From NCBI GenBank assembly GCA_024679065.1, contig JAGIQG010000020.1:18972001-19036000 (forward strand): a DNA stretch of 64,000 nucleotides, given 5' to 3'. The notes below the pieces were generated by a model. The model saw only the letters and a list, made by a program, of their open reading frames with translations, searched no databases and was not told where the DNA came from. The stretch comes from Sphyrna mokarran. Its lineage: Eukaryota. The position numbers were made by a program, and so were the translations under genes. Positions 12,880-25,400 of the stretch are shown piece by piece (positions within the stretch are counted from its first letter, which is position 1; every line of letters starts with the position of its first letter).

Positions 12880-13500
12880 CCAATTTTAATTCTTTCTGTA
12901 TGCATCCTCAGAAAAAGAAACTCTACTGCAAGACACTTACCATTGCACCTTAAGATTCCTAGCCATCCTCATCTTTGGCTCTTTAATCATTCTAACATAT
13001 CTGCAGCTACTAGGTTGTTAAAATCACACTGCCACCACACCATTTGATTCCCTTAGCCCTATTAATCACTTTCTCTCTCACTAGCTACTCCTTTGCTAAT
13101 TAGAATAGCAATAGTAGACAACTTGCTGCACCATCCATCACCAGATCTGGCTGGACCACATAAAGCACTGTTATGTGTTGCTTTCAATTTTGCTTACAGT
13201 TACAGATCATCCTAGAACACAAAGATAACCCCGGCTTCTCTTTATCAGAAATTGTATTCTTATATAATTAATTACACAATTCTTCCCTAACCTTCTTCTG
13301 ACTTTGCTGCCACTTCCTTCTCTCCCTATATCTCACCAAATGAAATGTTCTCCATTGTATCAGAGTTCCAAATCCCACATGTTGCTCTAGATTCTATTTC
13401 ATTCCCTGCCTTGCATCCTCAGAGCTCTCCTTGTCTATGAAATCCATCTCATTCTCTTTCAACCATATTCTGACCAAGCTGTTGACTATGAGCATCCTTT
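12880..13500 (+). mobile_element. old L2/CR1-group LINE fragment
   Basis: Pyrimidine-rich degenerate sequence with ctggctggaccacataaagcact...caaagataacccc, recalled as typical of shark L2-like elements. Confidence 0.4.
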
Positions 13501-13807
13501 TTTCTCAGTTCTCATTAAGATTGGATACAAATGAAGCATTTCACTTTAGTTATCAGGTGATTTCTGGGAAAGTCAATAGCACCATTGAAACATTACTATC
13601 CACCATGAATTTCAGTACATTGGTTATTGAGTTAAACATCTGGAATCTGAGGCATAACTGAATCTGATGCATTTTCGTTTTGTGATAAATTGAATTATTC
13701 AATGAAAACACAAAATTCTATCAAATGGAAGAAGTACCAATATTTCTGTAATCTATAACTGTCTATGGACTACAGTTGATGCGGTCAGGTGTTTAGACAG
13801 TAACATC

Positions 13808-14030
13808 ATAGAACATAGAACATAGAACATAGAACAATACAGCACAGAACAGGCCCTTCGGCCTTCGATGTTGTGCCGACCAAAATAAAAAGCAATGCCC
13901 CTCCTAACTAAACCATTCCCTTCTCATCCATATACTTATCAACTAACCTCTTAAACGCCACCAAACTTGGCGCATCTACAACAGCTGCAGGCAGGGCATT
14001 CCACTCCCTAATCACTCTTTGAGTAAAGAA
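13808..14030 (-). mobile_element. short CR1 3' end, same subfamily as 7399-7800
   Basis: (catagaa)x4 tail; strongly similar to 7403-7615. Confidence 0.9.
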
Positions 14031-14734
14031 GTATAATTAATATTAATATTAATATTAAAGGGTTATATTAATATCAGTATAATTAAATATTTATACATTA
14101 ACAAGCACTAACTTTCATAAATTGTTATGCTGCACAACATAATCAATTTCACTTTTAGAGTTCTGTTCCTTTCGAGCTGTGTTGATAGTTCAAAATCATT
14201 TTAGCTCACAATGCTTCTCCCAATAAGATTGGTAAGGAACCATTAGTAATATTGAACAGTGGGATGTCTTATGCTTTGACCTCATAACTATTAAAATTTA
14301 GACAGAGGCTACTCTGGTTTACTTCACTACCAACCACTACAGCTGGTAGGCAGAGCAATCTATCACCTAACCAGTCTGGACTGGATTCAAACTGGGCTTT
14401 TGCTGGAACAGGCTAATTATGTGACCTATTGTTGCCATTCAGCAACTGAAGCACCCTATTCTATAAAACAGAACAGAATTAAACTTGATATAATATGGAA
14501 TATGGATATTTTGATAAGGAAAGATGATGATAAATGGAAGGAGACTCAAGTGGAGCATTAACACCAATATTGGCCAGTTGGGCAAGATGGTCACTTTCTG
14601 TGTTGTAATTTCATCTGAAAGGTAAGAATAGGTTATAACATTAGCTTTATCCTGCTGCGTCTATATGATTTAAATGGAATTTTGAGCTCATGTCTAAATT
14701 ATTCATTACACTATTAGCTAATTTAAAGATCATT

Positions 14735-15000
14735 TGAAGAGGGACTTCGACACCCAAAGGGTTGTGAATCTGTGAACTTCCCTGCACAATGAAGCAGTTG
14801 AGGCTATCTTATTGAATGTTTTTAAGGCAAGGATAGATACATTTTTGAATAGTAAAGGAATTGAGGGTTATGGTGAGCGGGTGGATAAGTGGAGCTCAGT
14901 CCATCAAAAGATCAACCATAATCTTATTGAATGGCAGAGCAGGCTGGAAGGGCCAGATGGCCAACTCCTGCTCCTAGTCCTTATGTTCTTGTGTTATGTT
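14735..15000 (+). mobile_element. CR1 LINE 3' end
   Basis: MNVFKARIDTFLNSKGIEGYG-like frame; tail ttatgttcttgtgttatg. Confidence 0.85.
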
Positions 15001-15024
15001 TTTATTTAAATTAACGTGTACTAG

Positions 15025-15245
15025 TGGGGGGTCAGTTAGCTCAGGTGGCCAGAGTGTAACGCAGAATGATGCAAGCAGCTCGAGTTCAATCACTTCAGTG
15101 ACTGTGGTTCACAGAGATCTGCCTCTCAGCTGGCCGTACTCCTGTTGAATGATGCCCTTCTAAGAGCAGAAAACGAAATGTGTGGTGTTTCTTTCTCTGA
15201 TGGAGTGGGATGCCTATGGCCCTTTGTGGACGATACCTAATTACT
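15025..15245 (+). mobile_element. decayed tRNA-derived SINE
   Basis: ggggtcagttagctcaggtgg A-box and gagttcaatc B-box. Confidence 0.6.
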
Positions 15246-16104
15246 TTTTATTTAACCAACTATGAAAGCAGCATTGCTTACGTTGTGCGCTGGATTGTTT
15301 CACCTGTAGTTCGGAGCTAAGATGCAGCGTGTGTGGGCATGTGAGGAGAGAGATGAGAGATAACAATGTTAACAAAGAAGAAGCAGAAACAAATCTCGAC
15401 TGCCTCACAAATGACAGTAGCATGTTTGCACTAACCTTCAATTATGCATTGTTTTCTCCGTCTCCCCTATGCGCCGGTTATATCCTTTCCCCACCAACCC
15501 ACCCATGGACTCACAATTGATATTTTGAAAAGGTGCATTTTACTTTCTGTATTTATTTGGGTAATGTTCCCGGGTAGAGGATCCAAAAGTTAATAAGCAA
15601 TAAAGTCTTATTTGCCACGCGCAACTTTTGACACACTTGTTGTTTCGATCCAATTTGAACTTTTTTTTAAAATCAGGTTTGGAAGAGACGCCCAACATGT
15701 TTGCACTGACACATCGGTTTCTATTATTGTGAAATTAAGGACAGTCAAAAGAAAGGAAACGAACAGCAAACGTATTTGATGGAATCTTTATCGTTGTACT
15801 AGCTATACTTGTTTCTTTCCCATTTTTGCTTTTTTTCCAATGAACTTCCCAACTGACAGCTGTGGAAAAACTAATAAATTGGCAATAATGTTTCTAGTGT
15901 TTTGGCGGACGGGACTCTGCCCACCATTGGAACTGCAGAGATTGTCATTTCAAATCATGGGCGCACCGACATTGTTTGAACATAGTATATGAAATCAATT
16001 CATAGTGTGAAGTCAATTCAGGACTTGCCAATGTCTCGTTACCTATGTACACAACAAGCTCGAGAGTGAATTCAAAGGAAATACTTGCACGACTTGGCGC
16101 TTTC

Positions 16105-16680
16105 GGGATGTATGGGAGGATGGTTGTGTGTGAGTATGTGTGTGTATGGGACAGTGTTTGTGTGTGAAGTGTGTGGGCAGGATGTGTGTGTGTGGGGGGG
16201 GGGAAGAGTGTATGTGTATGTGGAGCGGGCGTTTGTGTGGAGGGTGGGTATGTGTTTGTGGAGGGTGTGTAAAGAGAGTATGTATGTGTGTGAAGGATAT
16301 GTGTGTGCTTGTTGGGCGAAAAGTGTGTGTGTATGTGTGTGGTGTATGTGTATATGGGGAGAGTGTGTTTGTAACGGGCGGGTGTGTGTTTGTAAAGGGT
16401 GGGTGAGTTTGTGTGTGTGGAGGGTATGTATCTGTGGGGAGGGCGTGTGTGTATGGGGAAGGTGTATGTGCGTGGAGGGTATATGTGTATGTGTGCAGAA
16501 GGTGTATGTGTGTAGAAAGTGTGTGTATGAGGAGTATGTGTGTGTCTGTGTGGAGAGTGTATTGGTGTGTGCGGAGTGTTTGTGTGTGTGTGGGGGGGTT
16601 GGGAGATGTATGTGTATGGGGACAGTGTCTGTGTGTGTGTGTGAGGATGAGTGTGACTGTGTTGGTGTGGAGGAGGTGGT
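16105..16680. repeat. degenerate (GT)n/G-rich microsatellite
   Basis: ~570 bp of interrupted GT repeats; source of the spurious HT/VC ORFs. Confidence 0.95.
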
Positions 16681-17852
16681 GGGACCAGCAATTCGATTTG
16701 CAATACCTGCACAAAACTATTCTTTTCATCTGAAAGAGAACTGGCCGAGTAGCCCAGTCGGTGAGAGTGAGCTGCGAGCTTGGATATGGCTCATTTAACG
16801 AGAAAGACTTTATTGAACAAGCGCGCTTGTTGATCCAGTGACATGATTCTGGCTTCAAGTTTGCGGGAGCAGTAAGATAGGCCGCAAGCTTCAGACTTTG
16901 GATCTAATGGGTAACTATCCACGTGAGTTGCTACTTCCCCCTCGTACATCCTAGATAGACTAAGGAAGATATCTGCTGAGAATTGGACAAAGTTGTTTTT
17001 TTTATGCCGTAGTAGTCATTCAAACAACTTCAGTCTTTAAAAAAAAGCCAGTTTCTGCATAATAAACCAAAAATCCCAGCCAGGGATTGTAAGATTTTAG
17101 CTTGGAATGAGCAGTCAAACAGGGTGCGTCGCATCAGAAAGCGCTGCTCTGTTGCACATGAGCAAATATTATTTGCTCAAAAAATATTTCATAAGGCTTA
17201 TGAAATGTGGTTCAGTATTCAATCTGCCAAACCAATGGGCATTACGAAAATTATTAAAAAAACATTATTCTATCATATCTAAATCAAACTTTGCCCGTAA
17301 GTAATAGAATCCGAAATAAGGGGAAATTCATATAACCTTTAATAAATAAAATCGAAGATATCTTACCGGTGTAGACTAGCAACGTTAAAACTAATTGTCC
17401 CGAGTTCCTGATGTCAACAACTAAGCTATAAGGACAATCGGGTCTGCCATGTGTTTGAAATCACTTGTTTCGGCATATTTAATTACGAGATCGTTTCAAC
17501 TGATAGCTAGAAAGTCTTCTTTATATAAAAAGCAAATATTCGGACAAGCTCAGACTGTTAAACAGAGGTTGAGCTGATATGAATATTTTGGCACGCAAGA
17601 GAAATTGCCAAATAAACTGTGTATGAAGTGATTTTGCTAGCTGTGTTGTGTCGTTTGTCCAAATTTCTCATGTGGTTTGATATGCTCGTTGGAAAGTAAT
17701 TCTGGACTGGGAAAGAATTACGGTAACTGTCTCAGGATATGCAGTAGATGTAATCTCTAACACCCCCAAAGTGAGTGAACAATATGGATCAGTGAGGGCA
17801 ATAAGATATCGAAAGCACATCTACAATGCTGGTTTTATAGTTCAGAATTGAA

Positions 17853-18051
17853 TATTACTGAAAAAAACACATGTATTGGAAGCTTTTTGTCTTGCAGTCA
17901 TCAGGACAATTGCAAGAATATTAACGTCTGGGAAGTTACGAAATTATACTGAATGAGAAGAGGGTGTTGATTGGTTCAATCCGTTATTCTTGAGATTGCC
18001 CTGATGAGTGCAAAAGGAAAAGCTTCGACAACACATCATTTTTCAGCAATA
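17853..18051. mobile_element. ~200-bp palindromic Penelope-like element
   Basis: Inverted arms at 17853-17920 and 17985-18051, each carrying CTGATGA...AAAGCTT. Confidence 0.6.
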
Positions 18052-18134
18052 CTTAAAATCTAATAGCCAAGACACTGGCACTCACTCTATGGTGACAATC
18101 AGATCATCAGTCCCAAAGAAGAAGAATTTTGATT

Positions 18135-18235
18135 TAAGTAGCTCCTTTCACGACAAAGCACAATTATACAGACAATGAAGTACTTTACAGATGTAGTCAC
18201 TGCAGCAGATTTGCAAATTGCAAACTCACAGTTGG
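18135..18235 (-). mobile_element. Deu-type SINE 3' tail remnant
   Basis: ctttcacgac...caatgaagtacttt...tgtagtcactg is the reverse complement of the tail also seen near 56490. Confidence 0.5.
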
Positions 18236-21200
18236 ATAATCACAAGTCTTCACAGCTCTGCTGTCCTGACATGTTGACTCGATGTCCACTAGTAGAGATT
18301 ATCATCAAATTATTGAATCGCTAGACTTGTCAGATTGCCACGTGAAAGGCAATATTGGGAAAGAGAGGGAATGTGATGGATGCGAGGTCAAAATACCATT
18401 GTATGCTCAACTAATTTGAGATTGCTGCAATGTTGGTGACGTATTGTATATCCGTTGAAGTGAAAGAAAAGGATCGGCGGGCTTTTAAAACAAATGAAAA
18501 ACATTCTTCCAAAACTTAACAGAAATAAACCACTAAAGCAGCCTGAAATGTAAAGATACAACTTAAAAACTCTCTGTGATCCACTTCTGCAAATAACCAA
18601 TGTTAGCATATATGATTCAAGCAACGGCCAGAAGCGTTGGTCTCGAAGCTGAAAAGACTTGATGATTTCAACTCACTTTAATTTCTAAATCAACTTGAAT
18701 TAACGTAGCATCTCCACGTTTATTATCTACATTGGGGAAAAATGAGTCGATTAAAAGATGCAAGCATTTCCCTCAGAAATACGATTAATTTTAAATGTGA
18801 ATTGGCATTTCCAACCTGGGTACAGTATTGGCAGGTTTTTAGCTTTCTGTTCTCTAGATATAGAGAGGTGTACATTATTCACATATACATCCATCGTGAC
18901 ACTGTTCAGTACTGGCAGACTGCAACAGTGTCTCACATGAAAATTCGCAATTTGGGATTGAAATGGAAGGTGATTGGCCTTGTTTATTATACAACAGTCA
19001 ATCTTCGAAGTGCGTCCACACATGTCGGTAAACAAGCTCGTCAGTTTCACGCACTCTGAAGACAAAATTGTTCAATGTGCTTCGGTTCAGAATCACCACC
19101 TGATTGAATACGCTTCTTATCAAATGCGCTTGTGGTTTTCCATGAAGGTGGAACGTGAAGAATGCCATTCACGTTCTTCATTGAAATACATGGAAATGCA
19201 TTTAAAAAGAGGCAATTTTCATAGTAACGCTTTAATTGTATGTTAGAATACACTGAATGTGAGCCAAGTTAGAAAGCCGAGAACCTTGATTGAAATGTGG
19301 GGAGAGTGTTCCCTTCGCCTTTACAAAATTGGGGTGCATTCTGTGAATGTTTTGGATTGTCGGCATAATTTGACAATCAATGATGCATATAGATGTTACG
19401 GACAAAATAGTTAAGCTATTTATGTCACAGGCGAATGTTTATGCGAATCATTGTTACACAGACCGAATTGACCATTGAATTTGCACTTACACCGTTCTGC
19501 AAAACGAACAATTAACTTTTCCTGATTAAGGGGATAGATTGAAAACATTCCCCTCAACACTTTGGCATACTCACCACTTGCAGCTGGGTGCCATGGCGTT
19601 TGATCAAATCAGAACCAAACTAAAGCAAAACTGCGATTTGGGGTTTAAAGGTTACATTAACTCACAGCAAACACCCCATCGAAGATTTCCCCACAGAATA
19701 CGTTAATATATTTGAGGCCTCTTCTGAGTTTAGACCTGGAAGAGTTTGATATATTTGCCTTCTTCGGGAACAGATTAATCCTCCCGGGGAGAACTCGCAT
19801 CTTTTCACCAATATGATGACTTTGCCGTTTTAAAGTACCGTCTTACAGCTGCAAGGTTATTAGAAAGATTCTTGACTTAAGCGAATGATCAGCGCGAAGG
19901 TAAAAAACAAGGCAGAATGGGTGAAATATGTGTTTGCTTCGCTATCTTAACTTGGCTTGGAAGAATTGTAGTAACATAGCCTTTACTGGAAATGCAGCTA
20001 AAAGTCATGATTAATAACACACCACATGGCGCCAACAACAGGCCGCGTTAAAGATACATGCCTTTAATCCTCTATTGAGAGAGAACAGAGATCGCGAAGG
20101 CAAAGCGACATGTTCTTTCGGCTGATGTCTCCAACAGTTTTGCAGTACTTTTCATCTTTGCAGCACTTCCTGTTAACTCGTAAACTTTTGATTGATAGGG
20201 GACTGATTAACCTGCCCGGGGTTACACATGTATATTTGCTGTACAAGTGACCTATAAAAAGTAAAGTTTTCGCAGGATAATTCTACTGAATCATTAGTTG
20301 TTTTCTATCAAAAATCCACAAATGCATTCCAAAACATGAACAAAAAATCGAGCAATACATTGAGAGAAACACAAATGTGCCGCTTGTTGGTCAAAATTTG
20401 AGGGACTAAACGGAATTTGTAAATCTAAAACGTCGGAGTGACTACTTGATTCTGCAGTCAACAATATTAAACAAGTTTTTTTAAATTTTTCTTGAGTCTA
20501 CAGTGTTCTCCATACAAATCGTTCATATGAGTATAAATACTCCTCATGTGTTTTTTCTTCAGTGTACAATTATTATTTTTCCTTTAACTGTCCCCAGTAC
20601 GGCAGCTTAATCCACCGGGAAAGGCTTGATGTAATCACAACTTTGAACTGTTACAGTCTCCAAATCAATTTGAAATTTTGCCAGCTATTTTTTCCAATTG
20701 CTTTGCCTTAAAATGGTGCACTTCAACTTTGAACTTAAGTGTTCAAATTTTGTTTTGCGAATCCCCGGTCCAATATTATTCAGCAACTACATCTTCCTTA
20801 TTTTTTAACCTTGTTATTACGCTGTGTCACGTATTCATTTGGAGTGCTACAGCTGCAGCATTTATGAAGCAAAGATTGAAGTGTCCCACCTTAACGCAGA
20901 TTAATTCACATTTGTCACGAGGAACTTGGGGACTGATGACTGAATTAATGCCACAGTATTTTCATTTTTATTTGCTTTGTAATGCGCATCGCCGTTACCA
21001 TCATTGTATTTGCTTAAAATTTATTACGAATTTTCATCATTTGACTTGAGTCAGCTTCTACAGTGGCATGCCTACGAAATAGCCACATTCCACAAAGTCC
21101 CAAAATATGGACTGCACTAATGTTTACTGCAACCTCAGTATAATAAGGAAATAACGTTTGAATATATAAGACAATTCGATTTCTGAAAGTCAGATTAAAA

Positions 21201-23414
21201 CCTTTAACCGCAGTTAGATTTGAAATCTAATCGAAATTGATTTTAAGTGATTGAATATTTCACATACCGTGCAATATGCATTATGTATTTGGCACCACGC
21301 ATAGAATGAACGGCTTATTTATGAAACGCATTCAAGTCCATTTAACATAAGCAGGGTTTCACATTTGCATATACATTTACACACTACTCCCTTAAAGTAA
21401 AAACATACTGGCAATAAAATGGAATGTTCAGGGCGATATGTGTATGTAGCAATTTTTCTGAATAATGGCGCGATTCAGGAACAAGTTTGCTAAATCTCTT
21501 TAACAGCCGCTCGTTTATGAGAGCGACTGGTGAAATGGAAACAGTTTTTATTAAGTTACCCATTTAAAGTATTTTTAAAACTGATAGGTTCTGCATGCAA
21601 AGTAAAATTAAACTCAATGCAATATGATATTCGCTGAATTCAGAGTTTGGTTTTTAAACTTGTGCTGCAGAGAATTGGAATGACTGGATTACTGTACAAT
21701 TTTTCAAGCGTCTGAAATACGGAACGTTTACTATTTCTTATCCCGCTACCATTGAAACCATGTAAAGTATGGTTTGTAGATTTTAACGCCACTTCGCAGT
21801 GACCTGATATAACCCGTATTACAGTGACAAGTGTTCTGAGGGGCATCGATGCAAAAAGTGCAATTGGTACGTTTGCATTATTCATCATGCGACACTCTTA
21901 AAGAATAAAACCGTTTGAATATATAATAATGCAAGAGCATTGAGCTTCATGGAATTTGTATGGGCTGGAATACGATATGAGATGAGATGAAAGGGCTTTC
22001 TTTTGCCAAATTCAAACTGGTTTGATCCTAGGGTTTCGGAACGTTATTCCTACAAAATAAAACGTTGTGTCCGAGCAAAATATTTTATAGAAACAATCTT
22101 ATGAGAGAAGAACATCCAACCCACCCGGGAACATACAGGAACTCGACAATGATTACTGATGTACACTGCCATGCCTAAATAAGCTTTCTCTTTCTATAAG
22201 GCACGTACAGAGACAGGGCTAGCTGGACAACTAAGAGTGTATTCGATTGAATTGAGTGTTTGCCCGCCCTTGTGCCTATAACTAGATCAGGTTTCCATGG
22301 TGCTGTCTGCAGTCAAAACAATTCGGTAGCAAGGTATGACTCCGCCTGTTTCTGAAAAATTATTTGCATAAGGTGGATAAATATCCGCGGTCACGCGCTT
22401 TTATGGAACAGCCCGGCCAATATACTTTCTATTTAGTCCCCATCTTGAACATACTAAAGTTTATCTGACGCTTCTACGGGACACTGCGAAGCAAATACTA
22501 ATTTAGCTACATGACTATTCGCAAATGCAGTTAATATTGACATTTAAGCAATCTAAACATTATTTTATCACAGAAACACACCGAGGCCATTTTTATTTGA
22601 CATTATCTTTGCGTACATATCTTTCTCACTCCCTCTAAGCCACTGTGACTTTTAAATTCCATTAGCTAAATGCAGTGTAATAGCTCTTTCAGTAAATAGC
22701 TATCACCATTACGGGGTTTACATTTTCTAGAAGTAACGCCAAATGCTTGATGGCGCATAAATAAGTGCATGTTATAAATAGCCACTAACGTCCATGACAC
22801 ATAAATTCGGCTTCACTCACTTAACGCAGGGACTTGCCAATCGAGGCTGCCAACATTATTTCCTACATACAAAACTTTTAGACCACTGATGCTGTTTACA
22901 ACCCTAGCCCCTTTTCACTAATACCATCTCAACATTACTGCTTTTTTATATATATATAAAAACATCGGCATTATCCATTTACAATCAAATGTGTCAGACA
23001 CGCGACGTCACTTCAACAATTCTTGACATTTTTAACAAGCAGCGCTTAGAGGAACCGAACGATTTAAAAGTTTGTTCTCTGTAGGCCGTGTGAGAAAGGA
23101 TTAGCTTGGTTTTTAATTACCGGCAATAATTGGTTCCTCGCCTTTATCGTGTGATACCGGTGAACCCACGGGTTATCAATTACTATGTATAGCAAGGACT
23201 TGTCACCGAAGTGTTTGTACATTCATTTGACAAGAGTTCAGCTAATAGCACAAATCCAGCAAGCGGGCGCCTTGTTTAAATTTAAAATGTAGATGTTGTC
23301 AATAACTTGTGTTTTAACCTCTGGCCACTGAAAATTTTGAGACAAACCTGCATTAATAAGCATTCCGGGATTTTAAAAAAAATCCGGCTGTATAATACAG
23401 CGCTCGAACATCAG

Positions 23415-23575
23415 CAGTTTGATTGGAATTTCATTCGCATTGGCAGGAATAATCTTGATTCAGGTTTAAGCCTCCCCCCCCCACCACCCCCAACCCAAGC
23501 CAACACAAAAAAGGCGAGTTGCGTGCTGGTGACGTTGGCCAGTTATATAGGTGAATGGCGGATGTTAACGCGGAT
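23415..23575 (+). promoter_or_regulatory. candidate distal tbx5 promoter (P1)
   Basis: Inverted CCAAT boxes (~23421, ~23438), TGACGT CRE half-site at 23530-23535 and TATA-like TATATAG at 23544-23550 in CpG-rich sequence. Confidence 0.55.
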
Positions 23576-23859
23576 ATTCTCGCGGCATTCTTTATCTATT
23601 GGCGTGTGACGAGGAATATACCTCCCAGTATTACATTCGTTCAAGACATTGAACCCGGTTGAATTCGAGAGTTCCTTGGCGTCGGCTACCGGGCCGAGAC
23701 ATCCTCGAGGTTCAGTCAGACGTTTTCTTCCACCTTCCACTTCCACCACCACCAACCGCACCCCCCCCCCCCCCCCCCCCCCCACGACCTCCCAATAAGT
23801 CTGAAGCCAGCAAGGAAGAATCATTATTTCACCGAATACAGGAATCCTGCACACTGTCG
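23575..23859 (+). other. tbx5: candidate non-coding exon 1a of tbx5
   Basis: Lies downstream of the TATA-like box and ends at a good donor TCG|GTATGT (23859/23860); start inferred. Confidence 0.45.
23761..23783. repeat. poly-C tract (23 C)
   Basis: Direct read. Confidence 0.95.
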
Positions 23860-25169
23860 GTATGTAAAACGTACCTGAATAAGACCATTACTTGATGTAT
23901 TTTAGGAATCGGTTTGATGAGTTTTAACCCTGCAATTTTCCGATTTGCTATCACGGCTTTAATACCTATATATTGTAACAGTATCCAGTTAGAGATGGAG
24001 TCAGATGCCATATATATTCTGTACCAAATATTCCAGCCATACTTTTGTAGCCTGAACAATAGCCTAAACCCTAAACAATGTTTGGTGCATGGGTCGGATG
24101 CCTGTCTTCCTCCAAACTGTTATTTTGTCGTTGTCTTAATATTAAACATATTGATACTTGGTGTGGAAGCCAATTTCAATAGCGCTGTCGAAATATCAGA
24201 AAGAAGAATGGAAATTGCTATTCGTCACGCTAGGTGTATTTTACTGATTCCTGGGGCATGTTTTGAGGTGATTTCGAGAGTCGTTCTGGTTACATTGAAA
24301 TATGTGGCAAGTTCTGCATTTTGCTTATTTGCTGCAATATTCTGTGGGTTGCCCTCCCCCCGCCCGGGGGGAATAAGGTGCTCTCAATCTCACAGCTACA
24401 GGACATAATGCGTAGATCAGTGGCCCTTGTTGTGTGTCCGTGGCTTCTGATCTAACATCCCACAGTTGAAAGTTGGATGGAGAGCTATATTAGCTCGTAC
24501 GTTTCACAGAGGGAAGCTCAATTGCACGGGCAGGAATTTGTTAATATGCCTCTCGTTCCAAAAAAGCCACTAAGGACCACGTATGGCATTTCGATGTAAA
24601 CCATACTCCATAGGACAGCGAAAGTGATCACTCATCGTTGGGAAATCAAAAATGCAGTTTCTTTTCAGTATGTGGAACGAGACAGCAGGACGTTTAGACC
24701 CTGAGCTATTCAACATAAACCCGAAAACAACATCAACACGGTAACAAACTCAAATAGTCTTTGCTTGTCTGAGCCGAAGTGAAAGTTAGATGTATTTAAA
24801 CTGGAGGAGCCCGGGGAATTTGTAGAATGCTCTAACCTCGAGAGGATATCACCTCGGATCCAAAAAAATAAATAAACTACTCAGACAACCCCTCCCCTCC
24901 TGTGACAAGCACAAAACAAACCACAGAAGTACCCAGTACTGTATCTCAATGCTTGCTCCTTCAAACAGGCTTGTGACTTCCTTCATTTCTGTTTCTCCAT
25001 CTGGTTAGCGTCAGGGTGAACTGCAAAGTTATCTCCAATCTCAAAAAAAAGTGTTGGGTTGGGGGGGGGGTGTTGGTGAAATCGGATTTGTATTTCACTG
25101 TGATCAAGGAAATTTTATGTAGAGTCTGTATTGAAATGTCTCTTTTGAATTGAGGGGGTTGGAGTTTTT

Positions 25170-25400
25170 TTGGAGAGGGGCGGGCGGATGTTGAGGGGGG
25201 GGGGGTGGTTAGAGAAATGGACCAAGATGGATGGTGGGGTACTGCTGAGTTTCACCGTGTCTTTGTGCTGTGTCTGAGCTGCCAGGGTGCTGGGGGGGTT
25301 TGGGATGAGTCGCTCTGTGTGCAGCGGCGCTGGTTGGGCAGACGCTCAGCACTTTGAGACTCCCACCACGTCATTGCAGTCAGCGCGCTCCTCTGGATGT
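25170..25400 (+). promoter_or_regulatory. candidate proximal tbx5 promoter (P2)
   Basis: GC box GGGGCGGG at 25177-25184, G tracts, CCACGTCA at 25366-25373, GC/CpG-rich. Confidence 0.5.

Noticed and set aside
13808-13836. Short tandem array (CATAGAA)n and other regularly spaced repeats considered as CRISPR-like
   Set aside because: It is the CR1 3' terminal microsatellite; there are no unique spacers or cas genes and the DNA is vertebrate.
15945-16858. Long His/Thr- and Val/Cys-rich ORFs (up to 271 aa)
   Set aside because: They are translations of a GT/CA microsatellite, open only because the repeat lacks stop codons.
17355-19580. Minus-strand consensus splice donors (~17365, ~19490, ~19573) hinting at a divergent antisense lncRNA like human TBX5-AS1
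   Set aside because: Isolated donor motifs are expected by chance, and I could not assemble exons without expression data.
23914-24408. 164-aa ORF between the candidate promoters
   Set aside because: No recognisable domain; it lies in a putative intron and has random-like composition.
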